Positions 1 to 12,895 of a stretch of 64,000 bases of DNA are shown piece by piece (the first letter of the stretch is position 1; each line of letters starts with the position of its first letter). Location of the stretch: NCBI GenBank assembly GCA_050273025.1, contig CP158636.1, positions 4,402,001-4,466,000 on the forward strand, given 5' to 3'. A program made the position numbers and the translations under genes. The DNA comes from Cenococcum geophilum. Its lineage: Eukaryota. The notes beneath the pieces are model-generated. The model was given only the letters and a program-made list of their open reading frames with translations, had not been told where the DNA came from and ran no database searches.

Positions 1-450
1 TTATTACTTTTATTACTATTTATTATTACTACTATTTCTATCTTTATTATTATTATTTTTATATTTTTAGTACTATTACTATTACTATTTTTATTCCTTT
101 TTATATACTATATTAATTCTTTTTCAATTTACTAACTTTACTACTTCAGCTATAGCTATAACTTTTATTTTTACCTTTATTCTAATTTTATATAGTACTA
201 CTTTTATAATTATAAAGAGGACTTTATATTATAGAATACATTTTATATTTAAAATTAAATTCTTCTTTTAAAAATATTATATAAGATAATTATATATACT
301 AAAGACCCTACTATAAGGACTATTATAAAGGGTATTAATATTTTTACACATATATTAGAGCATTAAAGCTTTAACTGCCCTTTACTGCCTATTACTGCCC
401 TTTACTGCCTTACTACTACTCTCCTACTACCGCACTACTACCGTACTATT
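1..450. repeat. AT-rich low-complexity RIP-degraded sequence with (TAT/TAC)n tracts and a 10-bp tandem repeat (TTACTGCCC/T) at ~371-412
   Basis: Direct reading of the sequence. Confidence 0.6.
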
Positions 451-559
451 ATAGAATTTATGCAGCTACCTTATGGTGATATAAAGCTGCCTTTATATAA
501 TAATTGCGTAATATAGATTTATATAATTGATTACGTGACATATATTAACAATAGCTATT

Positions 560-1675
560 TACGTCGTTGTTATCGTTGTCTTCTTCCTTAAGCAATAGCA
601 CTACTACTACTACTACTATTACTACTGCTACTGCTGCTGCTGCTGCTACTACGTCTTTTACTCCTACTCCTGCTCCTACTACTACTACCACCGCTGTTAC
701 TACTACCGCCGCTACCGCCACTATATCCGCGCCCAGCTGCCGTTTCTCGTTCTTACTACCGCCATCTTGGGCTAGGGTACCTATGCGCGGGACTTTAGTC
801 CTAGTAGATAAGTATACTAGTAAGTATTAGTACTATAAAAGAATTTAAAAATTTAAGAATTTAAGAAGATACTAATATATAAATAGCTACTGTAGCTACT
901 ACTACCGCTAGACCCCTCCCCGCTCCCACCACTACCGCTACTACTACTTCCGCTGCCCCCGCCGCTCCTACTACCGCTACTCCCCCCCTAGCCAGCTTTA
1001 TGGCCGTGAATTAGCCTACCGCCCTTTTGCCCTAGAATCCCTTACCTACCGCGCTTACCGCTGCCGCTAAAGCTACTACTACTAACACAGCTATAATGCG
1101 GGCGCTATATCCCCTGCCGCGCATTTAGGACGTATCTCTATAGTAGGCTCCTAGCCTAGGTAAAGCTTCTAGGGTCTACTAGGGGGTCCGCCTAGAGGCT
1201 AGAGCACTAAATACGGAGGCCGCCCTAGCGTAAAGCTAGGGTATAGTAGCCCTATAGGCTTATACGTTATGCGTACGGGGCGGTGGCCTATTTATAGAGT
1301 ATATGCTGGTTACCGGCTAGCTATACGGCAGCTGTACTAACTGCCATTATAGTAGTAAAGGGGCGCGCTGCTTCTTCTAAGCCCGTAAATTAGTAATATA
1401 AGCCGTAAAAAGTATAACTAATAGAGATAATAGCGTCTACTACTACCCCCGCCCCCCCCCCCCCCCCCGCTATAGCCCGCTCCCGCTTTCGCTCCTACGC
1501 CCATATACCTCCCACTGCCGCCGCCGCTAATAATAATAATAACAACGACGATAATGATAAGGAGGGGGAGAAGGAGGAGGAGAAGGAGGAAGCCCCGCCT
1601 GCCTATGTTTATTCCCGCCCTAGGCGGCATAGGCGGATTACAGGGCTGCTCCGCTATTTAGTGGCGGTTTTTAAA
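560..1675 (+). pseudogene. RIP-inactivated DUF3716-like six-Cys protein gene with Ala/Thr/Pro-rich flanks and two probable introns (820-886, 1385-1433)
   Basis: ~1203-1377 reads STNTEAALA*S*GIVAL*AYTLCVRGGGLFIEYMLVTG*LYGSCTNCHYSSKGARCFF. After RIP reversal this fits the C-x2-C..GPF..C..GSC.NCHY..C pattern I recall for DUF3716. Introns have GTAAGT/GTAAAT donors, CTAAT branch sites and TAG acceptors. Gene ends are approximate. Confidence 0.65.
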
Positions 1676-1827
1676 GAGTTATTGGAGGATAAGGATAAGG
1701 AGTAGGGGAGGGAAAATAGAGGGGGGGTAGAGGGGGGGTTTACTAAGCCTATAGGGCATTTATAAAAGTTTTACTGGCCCTATAAGGCAGTTATAGAAGT
1801 AGTTATATAATAAAATAATATACCTTA

Positions 1828-4800
1828 TTACGAAAGTAAGACTTTTAGATAGATAATATTGTCTATCTCTATTTAATTTAGGGGAAGTAGTACTAAAATA
1901 CTATTTACGGTAGTAACCCGAGATAGGGTAATATAGAGCTGCCTATAGGTAAAGACCGGTATATATAAGTTAACGCTAATAAAGTTAAAAGACTGCCCCT
2001 ATAACTTATTTACGGTTATAATAAAGTATAGCCGGATTAGAAACTGCCTTCTACTAATAATAAATGGTAGTTCTCCCTCTATAGAGGTAAGCTTAATGCG
2101 AGGGATTAGTCGCAGCTAGTTATAAAAGCTGCTGCTAAGTATCTAAGCTTTAATATAGCGGCGGCCTAGGCGCGTAATAATTATACGGGTGCCGTTATAG
2201 AGCCCTTCCTTAGGGTAGAGGTTCTATAAAAGGATTATAGGCGCGCCTACCTTTAGGGAAAGCTTTAATAGAGGTAGGCTACTAGGGTTAAATGTCTGTA
2301 GGAGCTCTGCTAGCGGTAGTTTTATATAATTTTCTTCTTTATTTTGCTCTATAGAGTCTATAGAATAAAAGGTACTTAGGGAGCTATAAAGCCGCGTAAG
2401 GATAGCCTTGTTAATCTTAGCCACAGTATTATTATAAATGGTTAGGATAGCGCGATCGCGGAAGGTATTAAGAGTAGTATATGCCTAAGTAAGCAGTTAT
2501 GGAGGGTATATATACCCGTAAAAGGGTTCCTGGGACTAGAACTAGGCTATACTAGGCGGGATAGTAATACTGCCGGCTAGGGCTGTATTATAAGATAAGG
2601 CTCGTACCTAAGCTGCAAACCGCTAATTTATCTCGCCCTAGTAGATATATATATTTAACCGCAGAGATAATATATAGAAGGTAGGCCAGAGAAATAACCG
2701 CTATAGGTAGGCACCTATAATAGCTACACGGTTCCTCTATAGGACAATAGGTAGTATCTAAGTAAAGTTACTACCTAAGATAGTAGGGAGTCCGCTAAAG
2801 GTAGAGTTGTTAGAATGGATGTCTATAAGTATATAATGCACGGCTTTAAAGTAGTAGCGGTGCTATATTGGCACCTTATCCCAAATAAGTAGAGAGGTAC
2901 GGCGTAGAAGCTTAGCAAGATTTAACCTTTTAGAGATATTGTAAGTAGACTCTTTATATAGATTAATAGGTACCTAAAAACGGAAGTAGGTAGTACGGCC
3001 GCTAGGTAGTAGGAGGGCCGTAATGCTAGAAGAAGCTATATAAAGAACGATTTTACTACGCGAGTGGTAATAGTGGTAGAGGTAGTAATAGAGAAACGTT
3101 TTACTAGTGCCTATAGGGCCTTAGAGAAAGAAGCGGGCCGTTTACGGATCCGTATCTATGGCGGCAATAATAGTATTAAAGTAGGCTGCTTAATCTGTAT
3201 TTAGCTGCTAGTATAGCTTAGTAAACTAGCGTTCTTCCTCTATACGGTCGTATTGCTGTAGCTCCGCTATAAGAAGTAGGTTACTTCCCTCCGTAATAAT
3301 GCCCTACTAGTGCTAAAACTAGGGTAGGCTATAGTTCGTAAGTATCTTTTGCTAATCCGTAAGTATCTAATAGATAAGGTATAGGCCGTAATTAAGATAG
3401 GCGTTATTTTCCTTGGCAACTATAGGAGGAGCATTAGGTTGGCGGGCTAGAAAGTAAGGTAGATTATTATAAATAGACTGTTTAAAGCAGTTCTATAAAG
3501 TAACTAGCTCTGTAATAGGGCTATAAAGTAAAGCAGTTATAAATAAGGAGCGTAGCTAGGCGCTAACGGCAAAAACGGCGGCCTCTATTAAGTAATTAAT
3601 TTACTTATAGTTATTCTCTAGTAGCCCTAGGGCTATATAGGCGGCCTAGAAGGTTAGATAGATTATACTAGTAATAGTATAGAGGTTTTTAAAGGAACTA
3701 GGGCCGGGAACAGACGTTAGTAGCAGCCGTAAGTAAAACCTCTTACCTATAATAGGGCTGCAGTAATATATACGGCCTATTACGGTACCTTGCTGGCGAG
3801 GACGCCACTCCCGCTGCTTTATATAAAAGATATATTGCTTAGGGAAGTCTTAATATAGGCAGTTACGGCTACTATTATACTCCGCGTTATACTTAAAGAA
3901 GGCTATTAAGGTAGAGCGAGAGAGCTTAAGGCGCTGCTGGATCTCCTTTATAAACTAGTCTGGCTAAAAGTATATAGGCTGCTCGCCTAGAAGGTATACC
4001 GTAAGCTAGATTATAGGAGGGAACTCCTTATAAACGGGAAACTTAAATAGCAGCCAGATAGCCTTAGAGGGGCCAATATAACGGCCCTATAAATACTGGC
4101 TTACCTTATCGCCGTCTATAAGCCGTAAAGTGGTATAGTCGCTCCCCTTATATATATACTTATAGATATACTTAACGGACCGTATAGAGGCGCAGACCTT
4201 AATATTTATATATATATAATACTTTGCGGTTAAATACGGGCAGTAGGGAATAATCTAGCGGTTATTTATTTTAAATATACCCCCCCCCCCTAGTAAGCGG
4301 ATAGACTATAACCGCAAATTATTATAACGGCGGTATTCTGGATAGCCGTCCTTATATATAATAGTAGTAGGGTTAAAAGGCTTAGGGTACCGCTTTAAGT
4401 AGGTTAGTAGAAGGCCTAGCCCTAGTAAAACTATATAGGGAGCTTATGGATTCCAGAAGCCGTAAGGGCCGTAAACTATTATTAACTTTATAATCTTAGT
4501 AAGACGGCTAGTAGGATTATCCTCCGGCTACGGAAGCTCTATAGATATAAAACGGTTAATAACAGCTAGGTTTAGTAGCCTATCGTAGTTATACGGATGT
4601 AGGAAAAGTAGTAGGTATAGATGGGGTAGGCCCTATTTCTAGTACTTAATGGTCTAGATAGAGCCGCGGTACCGGCCAAAGATCTACTTCCGTTTTAGAT
4701 TATAAAAGAGGTAAATAAGTTTTATACGGAAAACGCGTATAACTAGATTGGGCCTATCTATAGCGGTCTAGCTAGGTAGTAGCTTATAGGTAATCTTATC

Positions 4801-6484
4801 CTATTTAGGGTTAGTAGTAAACGTAAGAAATATACTTAGACGGCCGTATTTACGGATAATAGCTATTAAATCCTAATAGCACTGCCCGATAAAGCGATCT
4901 CCGCTAAAGAAACTAGATAGAAGAACTACGCGGCGGCCTAATAATATAGGGTCTAGATTATAGCGGGTATAAGTATCTATAATGCTATTATATAGCTTTA
5001 TATAGAGGGTTATTTAGTTAAAGCGGATTTAGGTAAGCTTATTCTAATTATATAGCGCCTATGCATGCACAGCATACTGCTAAAATAGCTAGTAGTAGGT
5101 AAAAGGGACTAACCTAGAGTTAATACGGATGTGTAAGTAGAACTAAAAGTATGCCTACTGCGTTAAACGGTCTCGCTAGCGGGCTTAATTAGAGTTACGT
5201 AGCTAGAGACCCTAGTACTAGCCAGTATTACCATAAGGGAAGAGTAGTATATAGTGGAGCGGCATATATATAGTATGTGTTGGGTTAATACAGCAGTACT
5301 ACGGCCGCTTATTAGGCGCATAATGCTCCGTAAGCACAATATTGCGGAAGTTAGTATTCCTATACTTGTCTAGTATAATAACGGCTACCTCGTTGCTTAT
5401 TAGGAGGTTCTTATAGCGGTAATTAGCACCAGCCTCTAAGATAAGCTATATCTATAGGTTTAAGATAATCCGTAATGGGGCCGTTATGGGCTAAGCCTAA
5501 AGCCGTTTCTTTGCGGTTTAATAAAGGGTAATAAAAGGGTTCCGTTCCTTAGATAGTATAGTAATAAGACTTTATAGAATGGTTATATCTAGCTAGGTAT
5601 TAGGACGGGCCTATAGCCGGACATCTATAGTATAATTAGGGTTATAAAAGTATAGCTAGGTATACCGCGGAGTAGTATCTATAGGAGGCTCTAGCGGGCC
5701 TTATAGATGGTAAAGCTTACCGTGTATCTAGAAGCAATTTGGGCCGCTATAGGCTATACTATAGTTAGTAACGGTATAGTTTATGGATATAAAAGCCAAT
5801 ACTATATTATATGCGCGGAGCCGCTTTCTAAACTGCCTAGTAGAAGTATTACGGGACTCTAAAAGGTTACGTAGATATTCTAGCAGAGGCTGGAATAAAG
5901 GGAGGTTTATATTACCGTGCTTATAGCAAGCATTAAAGTATAGATTGCTAGGCTATAATATACTAATACGTTTATTAATCTAATATAGGGCGACGTAAAA
6001 GTTATAGGTAATGCCTACAGAACTAATATCTAGCTGCTCCGTAATATAGCGGATTATAGTAATAGGATTATAATCTAGCTGCTCCGTAATAGGGCGGACT
6101 ATATTAATAGGCCTAATATCTAACTGGCCCGTAATAGGGCGGACGGTAGTAGGTTACGGCTAGATTAATACGGGCGGTATAAGAGGAGAAGCGGCGGCGG
6201 AAGTAGTAGCGGCAGTAGTAGCGGCAGCGGCAGCGGCAGCGGTAGTAGTAGTGGCAGCGGTTTAGTTTATAGGCAGCGGAAGGTCCGCTAAAGGTCGTTA
6301 GGACCGCCTATTTCTTTTCTCCTATATATAAAGTTAGAATAGTAGTAAGTTAAAAAAGAAGAAATAAAGAATTAACCCTATAAGAGTTACAGCTCTTATA
6401 TAGAGCTCTACGACGGTTTATTAGAAAGTTAGTAGAAGGGTAATACTGCTTATAGATAGTGCAAAATATACAATCGGAAGGCAT
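1828..6484 (-). pseudogene. Helitron RepHel (HUH replication initiator plus PIF1 helicase), RIP-inactivated; N-terminal C-x2-C..C-x2-C zinc finger exon and intron 6322-6376
   Basis: Minus-strand Rep motifs: YGRLSIFLTFTTNPK (~4800-4850), TIKY*K*GLPHLYLLL (HUH, ~4605-4655), VKYIYKYIYKG (~4145-4180). Helicase motifs: GPIGTSKTFL (~3095-3120), IASSSITALLLPSGRTTYFRF, LIWDK, LSLKVGAPIILL, QFLIRLYFIITVNKL*GQS, VFTYRQLYITLSR, DNIIYLKVLL. Start ATG at 6484. Confidence 0.93.
6022..6145. repeat. About three copies of a 45-bp tandem repeat in the RepHel N-terminal region
   Basis: ATCTAGCTGCTCCGTAATA(T/G)(A/G)GCGGA recurs at ~45-bp spacing. Confidence 0.75.
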
Positions 6485-7040
6485 TTAGGTAGTAGGTAGG
6501 GAGTAGCAACTAGGGTAGAAGGTAGAGAGTAGTATAAGGGGTAGGAAGAGGTCGTAAGGTTATAAATTTACAGAGCCTATAGAGCTCTATATACGGCCCC
6601 CTTATTCTATAAAGCTTTTATAAGCTCTATATCTACCTATCCATAAGATATTTAAATAAAAGTAGTACTATTTTAAAGTGCTTTATAAGTTCTATAAATC
6701 TATTTAAATAGAAAAATTATTTACCTACTATTAGGGGGTGCATCGTAGGTATAAAAGGGTCGGTCGGTTAGTCGCGATTTAATAGGGTAACATGTGCTTT
6801 ATTAGGTGACCAGTATAAAATTTTAACTAATTAGAAACTTAGGTTTAACCTAAACTTAGTATATATTAGAAGAATAGACAGAAATAAGTTAGTTAAGATA
6901 ATATAAAAGGCACTAAAACCGATCGAGCTATAGGATAAGGGGTAGCTAAGTTATATAGCTAGTTATATTATAAGTTTAAAACGTGGGAATATAGGAATAT
7001 AGGAACGTAATGTACTAATATACTAACGTATAAATGTGCT

Positions 7041-7207
7041 TATTGGTTACATAGGGTGACTTACCAATAACAACTACTCGAGTAGGTTACAGTGATGTTT
7101 TGTTAATAAAGCTTATTTATTAGAATGAGGAAGGGCGAGGAGCCTAAGACTCCTCGCCACGCTAGTGCTGCGGCGTCACGTGACGACCGCTTGCCTTATT
7201 CCCAACA
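7041..7207 (-). repeat. Copia-1 3' LTR
   Basis: Direct repeat of 12896-13062 differing mainly by C>T/G>A changes. Confidence 0.95.
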
Positions 7208-7595
7208 CTAGCAACTCTTTTTTTATAGTTGCCATCTATATATAAATACTGCTTAACTAGTATAATAAATATCAATCCTCCTTATTTACTATTACTATTA
7301 TAATATAAGTCTCGCTGTCCTAAAATTTGCCTCTTAGCACGTGGTGCTTTTCTTACTTAAAGTCGTAGGTGGATATCGTGTTAGGGCCGCTAAGGCGCTA
7401 GTTATAAGCGAGCCAATAGCGATTTTCCATCCTAGGGATGGAAAATCCTAATTAGCTAGGTTAAGTTAGGGTCTATAAAATGTTATACTTCCCCCTTTAA
7501 AAAAGTCTTAGTAAGAGAATCTAACTAATTAAATAACTTTAACCGCTAATCAAAGTTCCTAGACATCTTAAGACCTTATATAATTAAGAAATTTC

Positions 7596-10500
7596 TAGGG
7601 ACTCCCTTTTAACCTAACCTTTAACTTATATACATAGAGTATTTATATTAATAAACGTCTCTAGTGCCTTATTTAGGTTCGCCTTCGTTATTATATCTAC
7701 CGGGTTATTTTAGCTATTAATCCATTAAATCTTAAAGAGTTCTTAACGCTTATAGGATTACTAAAGTGCCATAATATCGATTATAAGGCGCTTCTCCTTT
7801 ATAGTACTAAGCTTAACTAAACACTTATAGAGGGAATATAAGTTAGTATATATAATGATAGGGATAATAGGAAGTTTAAGTTAATCTATAATTATCTTTA
7901 GGGTAGTTCTAATTGCAATTGCTATATTAACTCCGCCAACTATTCTATATATCTCTAACGCTAGAACGCTTTAAGTAATACGCTTACTCTTAGTTAAGCT
8001 CTAATAGATAAAATTACCGTAGATTATAAAGTTATTCTTTCTAGTAGATTTGTTCGCAATAATAATTTTATATCCCAACTAGGAGCTAAAATCTTTATTA
8101 TTTATAAATAATCCATTAATAAATACAAAGAGCTTAGCGGTAGGAAGATTAATAGGTACGTAGAGTAATCCCCAATTAAGATGGTTTATTTACTAGGAAA
8201 GACGCTTATTTAGGGCAAGAATATTATCCTTAGTAGGTTCCTAGTATTAAGTGGCAATAGAGAGATTAAATAAAGCCTTAGGTTAATAGATAGAAGCAAT
8301 ATAAGCTTTATAAGCACGTTGCTCCACATATCCTTACTTTAGAGAATTTACATTAATAACGTTAATCTTCTTACTTTAACCCTTCTGGCGCAAAGCAATA
8401 GAATCCTTATTTAGGGAAAGGATGCATCTATTAAAGAGTAATAGTGTTATTAAATTAAGCTTTGCTATAAGATTTACCTTTACTAGCTTATCCTCTTTAA
8501 GAGCTAAAAATTGGTTGTCTCCTAAGATAATTATATTATTAGTTTATATATTAACAATTCCGAATAGGGTTCCTATAGTTATAATAAGGAAGTAGGGATT
8601 AAATATAGAAGTAGTCTTTATAAGCTTCTCTTTATAGTGCTTACTATAGGTAGCCTACCAGTGAGTTCCTACCTCTGCAATTCTATACAATAGCTTAAGC
8701 ATAACCATAATTGTATCTTTAGGATACTAGTGGCGAATTTACTCCGGAAGGTATACTAATATTAAGCGCTAAAGGTGCGTCTCTAATTAGGTATAGGCCT
8801 AAGTAATATCTTATAGATAGACCGCCATTCTATTCTTTATTAGGGAGGAAGCTAGTATAATAATAACTTGCTAACTAGCTCGTTAAATTATAGGAGATTG
8901 CGTAAGAATTACCTCCTTACTATTATCGTTGTAACCTTAGATAATAAGCCTTAATTTCTTAAATAGGGCGTTAGTAGCTTTACCCTTAATCTTATTAACT
9001 ATTCTTAACTTAAAGATGTGAACTCTACCAAATTTAGTAGGGTTATACTTCTTAAATTTAAAGACTCCTCTTATAATGAGGCTATTGATCTCCTGCTTAT
9101 TAGATACTTAAAAAGGAGCTTCTAAAGTTATAATACTACCTTCCTTTTAGAGCTGTTTTACAAGCTTAAAGTTAGCCTTCTCTTTAGCTATTATAAAGGC
9201 CATTAATAACTTAACTCTATTTTCAATGGCGGCAATAAATTGCTCTTTAAAATTAATAAGGTGTTAGCAATTTTATAATCCCTTTAGGCGACCTCTACCG
9301 CGTTATAATTACGGCGTATCTACTACAATTGTATTAGAATTGTGGTCGCCTTCTAGAGTATATTAATTATAGCTCTCCTTTAGGGCATCTTTTATAGCAT
9401 CCTATAAAGGCTTAGAACCGTTATATTTATAGTAAGGCTTAATAACAGTTAAACGGAATTAAGTGGGTCTGTAAGGTATCTAAATAATATAAGTCTAACT
9501 ATTAATTATAATAAGTTAATGTGGGCCTAACTATCCTCCCTTTTTACGCCATACGCGTACCTTAGACTAGAGTGGCAGATTAAGCATAATTAAGGTATTT
9601 GGACTATTTCTCATTCCTAGTATATTATTAACCTAGCGTATAGCGTAGAGACGTTATACCTCCTTTATTGCCTTATAAATAGCCTTAGCTCATTACACGA
9701 TAAAGGGGAATAGTAGAGAATTATTAGTTATTTAAGGGTAGGTGCTAAAGACTAGTAATATGGGTATAAGTCTATCCGGGCTAGCGGAATTATTAACGGC
9801 TTTAACAGCTATTTATAAGGTAAGTTCTTCGCTAATATCCTTTAGTTTTAAAGAGATAATCTTATATACGCGGCGTAATGGCGCGTAATATCGCTCTACT
9901 TTTTTAATACTGTTATATGCCTTAATAGGGACTTCCTTAACCTTAATTGCCATTGCTTTTATCTATTATTAAAACTCTATAAATAAGTTCTTTCCTACGT
10001 TATAAACGATTTAGTTAGAGAGTCCTAGGTAGACATTAATCTAGCATAATTAAAGGGTATCCTATGCGTTCCTAGCTAATATATCCTTTAAGAAACGTAC
10101 GGCTTAGAAGGAGGTTAAAAAGTTAATAACTTGGAGTACTAGCTTGCCGCTAAGATATATAACGTTAACGACGATACAGAAGTTAAAGTTGTAGTTATTT
10201 TTAAGGGTGAACTTAAATCGGCCAGGGGACTTCTAGTTTATTTAGTAGTAATAGCAGTACTTTATAAGGTGCTTAATTGCCTTAACCTTAACTTTATAGC
10301 CTGCTTACTAAAAAACCCTAAGTAATTAGTAAATAGAGGGGTGGCTAAAACGATGGTATAGTTGACATAACTCTAACTTAGTTAAATGGCTCTAAGTAAT
10401 ACTCTTTTCTAGTTAATAAAGGAGTAACTAGGGGTGACCTTACTTGCGCATAATAGGCACCCGATTGTCTCCCTAAACGAATACATTTTTAAGGTTATTA

Positions 10501-12523
10501 AGCTTAACGCCTAATCTATTTATATCTCTAATGCAAAATAGAAATAGGGTGTTTATAGAAACAATATAGAAAGTAATATGCCCTAAGGGGGTTTGGACCC
10601 TAATTATACTAAGAGAAATTATAGTACCCTTACTAAAACAAATCGTGTATTAGCCTGCCATTAAATAGTTAATCTAAACAGAGCTATTAAGCTACTAAAG
10701 GGCTCGAACTTAAGGTTCTCCTACTATAGATACTCCTATAGCTCCAGTATCTAGTATAATACTATAGAAGATGTTCGCCGAGTATCTATTATTAAAGGAG
10801 AATATAGAACTCTTCCTTAGCTTATTAAAGATATTTAACTTTATAATAGAATAGAGCGTAGATTAGTTATTAAGAATAGTAACGGTTTACATGCCATTTA
10901 CCTCACCATATTTAGTAAAGTATTGGTCAGGAGAGTAGTCCTTAATTTCTATATCTATAAGGAGCTATTTGGCCTCATTAACCTTACCCTTAAGATCTTT
11001 TACGCCTTTATATTGAACTAGGAAGCTTTAGAAGTAGGCTATAGTAACCTTATAATTTCTAACGTTTTTTATACTCTAGCGAAACTTATTATATACCTTT
11101 TTTTATTTATTAAGAGAATGCCTAGTTAACTAGCAATTCGGTTTCTTATAAACGTAGCACTTCTTCTAGCAATTACTTTAAAATAAACCTCCACGAGGAC
11201 CTCCACCTTTGCCTTATAGTCATTAATTATACCCTTTACTATATTACTTACCACGGCCACTATATGTTCAATCAGTCCAGTTATAATTATATTAGTTAGG
11301 TAGGTCGATTAAAGTAGGTTAAAGTTAGGTAGTAAATTACTGTACTTTTTAAGAGCGTAGAGCAGTACTAATAGAAGATCTTAATTAAGTATACACTCCT
11401 TCGTAAGTATTTGCAGGATTAAAGAGAGTAAGGTTGCATTCTTTAACGCCTTAGTATACGCTAATGACTTAATTACGTAGGCTGAAATCCTCTTAATATA
11501 ATTTGGATAAACCACGCTAAATTATCTAAAGTCGATTAAAGAGCTTTTGAAGATAATTAAGTCGAGGGACACCTGGGTTTGTAGCGATGATCCTTAAGAA
11601 GGTAGTTTCTCTCCATTCTAATATATACTGCTATTTATTCTCTTCTATTTTAAAGTGGTATCTTAATATATATATTATACGGTTAAAATTATATCCTTTT
11701 CCTGCTAAATAATTATAATAGAAGGTACTAGCTTGCCCTTAAGCATAATGGAATAGGCGTTATAGTATTAATTAGACTCTATTTCTACCTTCTAGCAATA
11801 ATTATAGAAGATACGTAGTTTTAAATTAAGAATATTATATAATTCCCCACTAAACTTCTTCTCCTAATCTAAGTAGAGCTTCGCAAGCTCTATAAGCAAT
11901 TTTAAACTACCTCCGATTTAAGATTAAGATAGAGGAGGTAGGAGTTATATTATAGGCTATAGTAGAGATATAGGTCTGGTTAGTAGAGTCTAAAGGTCGT
12001 TAAATCGCGAAGTAATGGGATCCTGTGCCTACTCTTATTAGGGTATAGTATCCAACGTTAAGGTTACGGGTTAAATTAGATATAGAGGAGTTAAAGGCGG
12101 AGGTATATTACTTAGGTTCTATCATAAGTTAAGCTTCTTTATAGTGTGTAGTTAGTGCTTAATCTCTTATAGAGTCTATTCATGCTCTTCTTTTATATTA
12201 ATAACCTACTCCTAAATATTGTCTCTAATAGTACCCCCATCTATAGGTATAAATACTTTATACTCCCATAAGAAGTTACAGAAGTCTTATATAATATCCT
12301 TCTTTATAGGAGTCTATGTTTCCTTTATCTATTTAACAAAGTCCTCCCTTATATAGTACTATAGCATAATATCGTTATATTCGCTATCTTTGTAGTATAC
12401 CATACGGTATAATAAGAATCCGTTTAGGTCCTATTGCTTAGCATTTATAAAGTTAATTATATTAGTATTCTATATTTCTAGGTTAATATCCTTCTCGTAC
12501 TTCTTTAGATAGGTTAACGCCAT
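7596..12523 (-). pseudogene. Copia-1 gag-pol polyprotein, RIP-inactivated
   Basis: Zinc knuckle CYVYKKPNC*LTRH (~11120-11162), protease DTGA (~10745), integrase LYHRFSHPS (~10340), RT KLRLII*GYND and LYRIAEVGTHW, RNase H FINGLFINN and NPVDIITK. Confidence 0.9.
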
Positions 12524-12895
12524 AATAGCGGACGTGTGTAGGTGGATTTGGGTATTAATTATAGTCCTAAGATCTGCGAAGGTACACGGAGGGTGTTAAG
12601 GTAGTTGTTTAACGCATTTCGGACGTTAACTTAGGACCTTAGGTTTAGTAATACTTCTAACCTAAAGTACTTAACCAAATCTTCGTAAACGCGGTTGTTC
12701 TATATAATAGACGCAACTTAGTATCTCCTAGTACTTAGTGACACTTCTATTACTAGTTTTCCTTAAGTCTAAGGTAGTATAGTATCGCCGGGATCTATTC
12801 CATATAAGCGCATATAGCACCCCTATACAAAACTATCTCTTCTATTTAAAAACCTAGCTGCTCTATAGTTAACTGTATATTTAACCACTGATCAG

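Larger units (their letters stand above)
270..6728 (-). mobile_element. Helitron (termini not resolved; probably includes the convergent DUF3716-like gene)
   Basis: RepHel pseudogene and continuous RIP signature. Boundaries are estimates; the right side abuts an inferred Gypsy LTR start. Confidence 0.6.

Noticed and set aside
1418..1630. Minus-strand 70-aa hydrophobic ORF
   Set aside because: Antisense shadow of a low-complexity acidic/Gly exon.
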